From: Perkinsus chesapeaki ATCC PRA-425 | Lineage: Eukaryota; Protista; Perkinsozoa | Length of the DNA stretch: 64,000 nt | Direction of reading: 5' to 3' | Assembly: GCA_013115145.1 (NCBI GenBank) | Contig: JAAPAO010000089.1 | Coordinates: 1 to 64,000 of the forward strand | Shown: positions 58,094-64,000 of the stretch, in pieces | Layout: the number at the start of each line of letters is the position of its first letter | Numbering within the stretch: position 1 is the stretch's first letter | The notes under the pieces: generated by a model | Told to the model about the DNA's origin: nothing | The model's input: only the letters and a program-made list of their open reading frames with translations | Database searches by the model: none | Made by a program: the position numbers and the translations under genes

Positions 58094-60565
58094 ATGAACC
58101 GTTGCTTGCCATATGACAATCTGTGGCTTAATTTCGTGGCGACTGCGAGAAAAAACCCCGACAAGACCGCCTTGCGGTGCAACTCAACCCTCGTGACGTA
58201 CGACCAGCTTCGACACCTTGCCGAAAGCCGCGCCTCTTCCCTTGGAGAGCTGGCCGCCTTATCGCCTGGGTCAAGAGTCCTCTTGTTGTTAAGTCGAGAC
58301 GCCGAGTTTATAGCGATGACCTTGGCTGTGTGGAAGCTAGACTGCACTATGATACCTTTGGACTCGGAACTGACGCCTGGGGAACGGGCAGAGCAAGTGA
58401 TCGAAGAGTCACAGTGTGACTTGGTTGTGACGAACCGCGAGAATGCCGCTGCTCTCACGGGGAAAAGAAGCAAAGTCGTCGCGGTGGAGGATCTTGTGTG
58501 GTCAGAGGTTGACAAGAAAGATACAAATGAGGTCAAGAGACGGTCAGCTCCTGCGTACATTATGTTCACAAGCGGCTCCTCCGGCCGTCCCAAAGGCGTA
58601 GTGGTCCCCCACTGTAACGTTGTGAACGTTCTCGAACATTTCTGTGCAGAAGTTGATCTCTCTTGGTCCAAGTGGTTGGCGGTGACGACCTTTCAATTCG
58701 ACATCTCCGTCCTCGAGTACATGCTTCCTTTGGTCATCGGCAAGGAGTGTCTAGTGGCCGACAGCAGGACCTGCCGGAACGGCTCCGAGCTGCTGAGATT
58801 GTTGCTGCAAGAAAAGGTTGATATTATGCAAGCCACGCCGACAACGTGGCAGCTGCTGGTCACCGCGGGGCTCCTCGACAAGGCGGCTGAGCTGCGCCCC
58901 AGATTGAGGGTGCTCTGTGGCGGCGAGCCGTTCCCGTCGAAGCTCCGCTGCTTGTGTGAAGTCAGTAAGATGGTTCTTAATTGCTACGGACCGACCGAAA
59001 CCACTATATGGTCGGCCACTTACCGTGTGACAGCCGAGGGCGACGGCGCGGTGCCTATAGGGAAGCCCATCAGGGACACCGTCTTCGAGATCACCGATTC
59101 AGGCGAGCTGCTTATCGGTGGCGCTGGTGTGGCCTCAGGCTACTTTAAGGCCGATTTGGCCGCGCCTTGCCAAACAGGGGGCTTCACTGTGGAAGGCTGG
59201 TACGCTACCGGAGACCGTGTTGCTGTTGATGCTGACGGAAACTATCTGTTCCGTGGCAGAATGAGCGACACTCAGGTGAAGGTGCGAGGGTATCGTATCG
59301 AGCTCGGTGAGATCGAAGTGGCCCTTGGCAAACTACTCGGTGACCAAATTCAGTGCGCAGTCGTCCCACACAATGACCACCTCGCCGCCTTTGCTGTCGG
59401 CACTGCCGAGGCTTCTCTGAATGTCCCCAGTCTTAAACGACAGCTCGGCAGAGTGCTACCGCCGTACATGATCCCAACGTGGTTCAGAGCCATACCGTTC
59501 CTTCCGGTAACTCTTAATGGCAAGCTCGACAGGAAGGCTTTGTCCGCCTATCCCGTCCTAGTGGATACCAAGAAGCCTACGGTGTCTGTCGGCTGTGTGC
59601 GAGATCGAATTAAGGAGTGCTTGAGACTCGTTCTGGGCTCCGATGTGGTAGAAGATGCACCGCTCGCCGAGCAGGGCGTCACTTCCCTATTGGCCGTGGT
59701 TCTAGTTGAGGCTCTATCCGAAACCTTGGGGGTCTCGGTTGACGTCGAGCATGTGTTCGCCCATGCTCGAGCCGAGTCTTTCATTTCCTTCGTGGAAGAC
59801 CTGGGGGTCATACAACCTCACAGCACCGATGGTACAAAAACCAAGGCCGGGAAGAAGTCCAAGAAGCTCGACCCGTTCATGGCCGCCTGCCAGGACGGCA
59901 CAGTGCTTCAGGCCTACAGCGCTGCCGACATAAAGAAGAAGTGTAACTCCGTGACGGACCGGTTTGGCTCCTCGCCCTTCCACTATGCTGCCGGCGCTGG
60001 CCACTTGGATGTGTGCAAAGCTCTGTTGGCGATGGGGGCTGATGCTTCCTATGGTGACAACAAAAGCGGCCGTAATGCCCTGCATTGGGCGGCTAGAAAT
60101 GGCAGAGACGGTATGGTCGATTGGCTTCTGGATGCCTGTCACCTTCCCGTTGACAGCGACACCAAGGACGGCACCACACCGTTGCAGCTCGCGTGTTGGG
60201 GTGGCTTCCCGACTGTGTGCGATGTTCTGGTGCGTAGAGGGGCAGACGTGCACCATGTGAACCGCTGGGGCTGTATCGTCACTCACTTTGCAGCCTTGTC
60301 CGGGAAGCTGGAGACCATGAAGTGGTGCCATAGTGTGCTGAGCCCGGCTGAGCTGGTTCTTGGCAATGACCAAGGCCACACGGCGCTTCATAAGGCTGCC
60401 TATGGCGGCCACAGAGACATCTGCGAATGGCTTATCACTTTGGACTGCTTCAAGGAACTGCTCGACACACCGGATGTGCGGGGACAAACACCAGCGGTCC
60501 TTGCTCGGAAGGGCGGCCACGAAGAGCTTGGAGCATGGTTCGATGAATGCACACAGTTGCCGTGA
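58094..60565 (+). CDS. Intronless NRPS-like protein: adenylation domain, carrier (T/PCP) domain, ~6 ankyrin repeats
   Basis: A-domain motifs YIMFTSGSSGRPKGV, FDISV, NCYGPTETTI, YATGD, QVKVRGYRIELGEIE, NGKLDR. Carrier motif GVTSLLAV (Ser codon 59684-59686). Ankyrin repeats SPFHYAAGAGHLDVCKALL, NALHWAARNG, TPLQLACWGG, TALHKAAYGGH. No C, TE or R domain. Confidence 0.93.
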   Translation: MNRCLPYDNLWLNFVATARKNPDKTALRCNSTLVTYDQLRHLAESRASSLGELAALSPGSRVLLLLSRDAEFIAMTLAVWKLDCTMIPLDSELTPGERAEQVIEESQCDLVVTNRENAAALTGKRSKVVAVEDLVWSEVDKKDTNEVKRRSAPAYIMFTSGSSGRPKGVVVPHCNVVNVLEHFCAEVDLSWSKWLAVTTFQFDISVLEYMLPLVIGKECLVADSRTCRNGSELLRLLLQEKVDIMQATPTTWQLLVTAGLLDKAAELRPRLRVLCGGEPFPSKLRCLCEVSKMVLNCYGPTETTIWSATYRVTAEGDGAVPIGKPIRDTVFEITDSGELLIGGAGVASGYFKADLAAPCQTGGFTVEGWYATGDRVAVDADGNYLFRGRMSDTQVKVRGYRIELGEIEVALGKLLGDQIQCAVVPHNDHLAAFAVGTAEASLNVPSLKRQLGRVLPPYMIPTWFRAIPFLPVTLNGKLDRKALSAYPVLVDTKKPTVSVGCVRDRIKECLRLVLGSDVVEDAPLAEQGVTSLLAVVLVEALSETLGVSVDVEHVFAHARAESFISFVEDLGVIQPHSTDGTKTKAGKKSKKLDPFMAACQDGTVLQAYSAADIKKKCNSVTDRFGSSPFHYAAGAGHLDVCKALLAMGADASYGDNKSGRNALHWAARNGRDGMVDWLLDACHLPVDSDTKDGTTPLQLACWGGFPTVCDVLVRRGADVHHVNRWGCIVTHFAALSGKLETMKWCHSVLSPAELVLGNDQGHTALHKAAYGGHRDICEWLITLDCFKELLDTPDVRGQTPAVLARKGGHEELGAWFDECTQLP

Positions 60566-60900
60566 ACACCACCGAGTCTGTACTGGTTTCTACGTCTTTA
60601 TTCCGTTGGTCGTGTTGCGCTAGTGTTGCTAATGCGCTATCCTGTTCTACCTCTGCTCAGCTCCTCGACTTACTAATAGAATCGCCGCAGAGGGATGCAA
60701 AAGATGTCGGAATTTGTAGAAAGTTTTATCAAAAAAATTCGTAATGCGCTGACGCCGCTGTCTGCGTTCTCCACAATAGCCTTTTGTTCCCATGATAAAC
60801 TGTTATCTCCAGCGCCTTGCCTATTGTTGGTTCAAGAGCTCAGTTAGAGGCACTAAAATTAGAGACGGGTTGGTATAGGTTCAGTGGTATTACCCTAGCA

Positions 60901-63900
60901 ATGGCTTCGGACTTATATGCTTCATGTGGCTATTGTGGGGGTAGAGAGCAACAGCCACACTCCTTTACATGCAGTAGATGTCTAGATGTTAAGTACTGTA
61001 CCAAAGAACACCAGTCCTTGCACTGGAAGGAGGTAGGAGTCACATAAGGCTTATAGATTGGGAAACACAGTCCAAGAGGTTAGCTTGAAGCTTAGATTCC
61101 AAAGTTTCCTCGAAAACATCTGAGAGCCAAGCCCCGGTTTGAGCACTAGTTGGTGATGCAGTACCCTCCTGCTGCTTTGGTTCAACTACTAACGGTTAGT
61201 GACTAACCTTTCTATAGGCTCATTGCGAAGAGTGTCGCGGGAGAGGTGGGAAGGCTCCGACTTTGGCAGAACAAGTAGCGAGCTTACGATTGGCAATGCA
61301 GGTGAGAAAGCTCGAATGAAAATACTAGGAAGCTTAACGGCGGAGCGATGCAATATCTGAGCTGCGTCAGGCTCATGCGGAGAAGACAAGAAGGGTGTCG
61401 GAGGAGATTCTGAAGGCGGGAGCTGAGCGAGAACGGTAACGTTGCATGGTGCCATTTTTGGCAGTTGCTCATTTCGAGATGCCACTATTCGGTCCTAAGA
61501 GGTTAGACTTTTCATCAGAATCACCTTCTTAGTCGGTAACAGAGTTTCATTATCCCTCGGCGGTTTTTAAAGGGATGTTCGAACGTGCCTTAGCATGCCT
61601 GATCGGACTTGCTTGATACGTATGTGTGAAACATTCTTATAAGCAAACTAACTGATAACTTTCAAGTTGTGTATTGAAAACGCCAGGAATTTCGCTAACG
61701 TTGCAAAGAAACGCACGCGAGGTCTCGCTTCCACAAGATGCCTGTGTTCTCTAGTTTCGGACAAGGGACATCCGGTAGCTCTCGATAGACATGTTCACGC
61801 GGCAGTGAAATGAACTCCTGGTTGGCAATGTCAGCTTGACATACTGTATATAATAAACGGACTGTTGGCTTTTTCATTGAGGAATATTGTACTAGAATAT
61901 CAAGTTAATGTTATTATTAATAACTCAGAATATGGAAGGAAGTGTCTGCGGCGGGCGACGCGGTGAGAAGGATCGCCGAGGAAAAGCAACGAGCTGAGCG
62001 AGAGGTGGCAGCCTGACAGCTTTCGTTCCCTCGTAGCTGCTAAAAGGTGTTGAAGGCTCAAAGCGATTTGAAGGCAAAGTCAAAGGAGATTGAGATGTGC
62101 CTTACCATGATGGGAGGCCAATACGCTGCTGGTAATATCTCTCCCACTTGCATTGCGTTTTTGCTTTGGCTGCTTCCGAATATGGTACTTGGAGGGCCAC
62201 TGCTCGTCGTTTACAGCCTCTGGAGCCGTTTTCATGAAGGAATTGTGGTAGACTTCCAATTATTCTATTGTTAACTACGAGTCGCCGAGTGTCCTAAAGA
62301 GCGGTTGTTCGCATATCGTCACAAATCTTGTTCATTTTCACTCTGTTTCACTTTCTTCCATCAGGCTACGAAGAGTCCCCGGAATGGGGTCCTCCTCCAG
62401 CCTTGACAGCGGCTCAGCTATCCTTCATAGTGCAGAAATTGAGTCGACAAGGATGGGCTTTCATTGACGATTTTATCGACAGTGCCGCAGTGAACAAGAT
62501 GCGAACCTACTGGCTTGAGCGATACACAAGCGGTATGCCCATACACAGTGAGATTAGCAGTAGCCATTCTGGCTTTGAACAAGACGCAGTTTGAAGCGGC
62601 AAAGTGAAAGAGCATCAGTTGTTTTATTGATAGAAAAACAATCGAACAGTACATTGGAAATATGAGCGAAGAAATAAACAATATGACAATAGGGACTAGG
62701 GCGGCCCCGCCAAGCACCTACCGAGTGGCGAAAATTAGAGTGGGTGTGTCTAGCCGGTTTCCTGTATGCATTCAATGCGCTATTGTTTTTCACGCCTAGA
62801 AACCCACGCGTAAGTTTTTGGAAAATTGTTTTCTCGTGTTTTGCGCGGGAAATGTGGAGTCCGCATCCCATTGTGGACATATAGCAGGCAGTGCTATGAA
62901 CGTTAGTTTTCCGGGCTGGCTTCAATTTATCACGAGTCGCTCATTCAGGAGACGGCAACTTTGACCGAGGCCGTATGGGTGGCGGTCGTTCAGGAAGCAA
63001 CCTGAAGTACCTATCCGACAGCGAGGGGTTCCGGTGTGTCGCGGTCTAGATACGTGAATGAGGAATCTCGAGGGGACTTTGTGCGCTGGCTGTCCCCACA
63101 GGACGAGGATTGCCCCATGAGCTATAAGTGGCTGAGAGCAGGTAGCTTTTCCTGCGTATCCAATCACTCAGCGCTTTTTTGGCAAGAAGTCTTCCTTCAA
63201 TGGGCAAACTCATGGTTAATATTTATAGCTTATTCATTAACTGAAAACGACTTCTGGAAGGGAAGATGATGAGAAGTGATGTCTGGAGAACAGCGAAAAT
63301 TGTAGTGCGACAATAGTCATCTTCCTGCCTTTCTTCATATGCTTGTGAGTATAAATGTTGTTATATTGTTATATCGTATACCTTTTTCATTGTCCCTACA
63401 TGTTACATTTGCCACTAGATATCAAAGGGATCTCTTCGAGCTCTGTCAGCAGTAGACCTCCCATTGTTCAACTCGGGACTTGATGATGGTAAACTCATAA
63501 TAACAAATAGAAAATAGTAGTAGTGGCTCTCACTTATTATTTACGTAGTATAGCAAACTAACTAGCGTAACAGCTTTGCGTTACAGACAGATTTAAGGAT
63601 ATACAAGATAGCAAGATAAAACATGATACTTATTTTATCGATTAATAAAATGCTATCACAAGCTCCACTGTCTTTGTACCAGGAATGGATCGGCTTGTAT
63701 GTGATGTGGCGGAACGTTGCCAGGACATTCTTAAAAACGCCAAAACTGTGGTTGCGCAGAGCTCGATGGTCGCTATATACCCCAGTGAGATTCTTGCGCG
63801 CCAGCAAATACATATTGCCCTGTCTCAGAGTCCTCCGGCTGTGGTATTGAGTCACGGTACATAAGGCATATCGACAATCCTATCGATGACGGACGGATAC

Positions 63901-64000
63901 TTACTGTGATGGTCTACCTCAATCCGCCAGAGTGGTCTCCCAGTGTTCACGGTGGAGTAATAATCATACCATACTTCTCTCAAATCTCGCCAAATCCTCG
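60901..64000 (+). CDS. MYND zinc finger plus EGLN/PHD-type 2OG-Fe(II) prolyl hydroxylase, truncated by the window end
   Basis: Exon 60901-61032 CGYCGG...CSRCLDVKYCTKEHQSLHWKE, then AHCEEC. Later LSRQGWAFIDDF, RGDFVRWL, and YIRHIDNPIDDGRILTVMVYLNPPEWSPSVHGG (HxD motif, ~63850-63956), closely parallel to the PHD2 YVRHVDNP..DGR..T..YYLN motif. Confidence 0.85.

Noticed and set aside
58006-60520. Long antisense ORFs 58006-58671 and 59714-60520
   Set aside because: These are shadows of the codon-biased NRPS-like gene on the opposite strand, with no motifs.
1-64000. Genome-wide stop-codon reassignment to explain the in-frame TGA/TAG
   Set aside because: TGA terminates the RRM, mL41, WD40 and NRPS-like genes, and TAG terminates NME7 and UBE2H at the expected positions. 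The recoding is local (SECIS) or a lesion.
6892-64000. Redox/oxygen gene cluster (thioredoxin-like, selenoprotein, globin, prolyl hydroxylase)
   Set aside because: The genes are spread over 57 kb among unrelated housekeeping genes. Only the selenoprotein and globin are adjacent, and there is no evidence of co-regulation.
58094-64000. NRPS-like gene plus 2OG hydroxylase as a biosynthetic cluster
   Set aside because: The hydroxylase is an intron-rich MYND/EGLN protein-modifying type, not a tailoring enzyme. Adjacency alone is weak evidence, though co-expression could be checked.
1-64000. Spliced-leader RNA, rRNA or tRNA-Sec genes
   Set aside because: No matching sequence was noticed on either strand by eye.

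Overview
This is eukaryotic, intron-rich protist DNA with many short GT-AG introns. Style and gene content suggest Perkinsus or a related alveolate, which is an inference. Recognisable genes: a 2-RRM RNA-binding protein, a membrane selenoprotein hidden from the ORF track by two in-frame UGA codons and followed by a well-formed SECIS, a truncated (2/2) globin, an SH3-repeat protein, a triple-domain LpqC-like alpha/beta-hydrolase lacking its catalytic serines and carrying two lesions, an S28 serine peptidase, an Mlo-like membrane protein, mitoribosomal mL41, NME7, a WD40 protein, UBE2H, an intronless NRPS-like adenylation-carrier-ankyrin protein and a MYND/EGLN-type prolyl hydroxylase that runs off the right end. 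Four tRNA genes are present, three of them inside introns, plus a candidate intronic C/D snoRNA, three tandem repeats and one N gap. The region ~29.3-41 kb is gene-poor with degenerate duplicated segments. A recurring signature of chained palindromes with 1-nt centres looks like template-switch footprints. Exon structures were read by eye; coordinates marked ~ are approximate.
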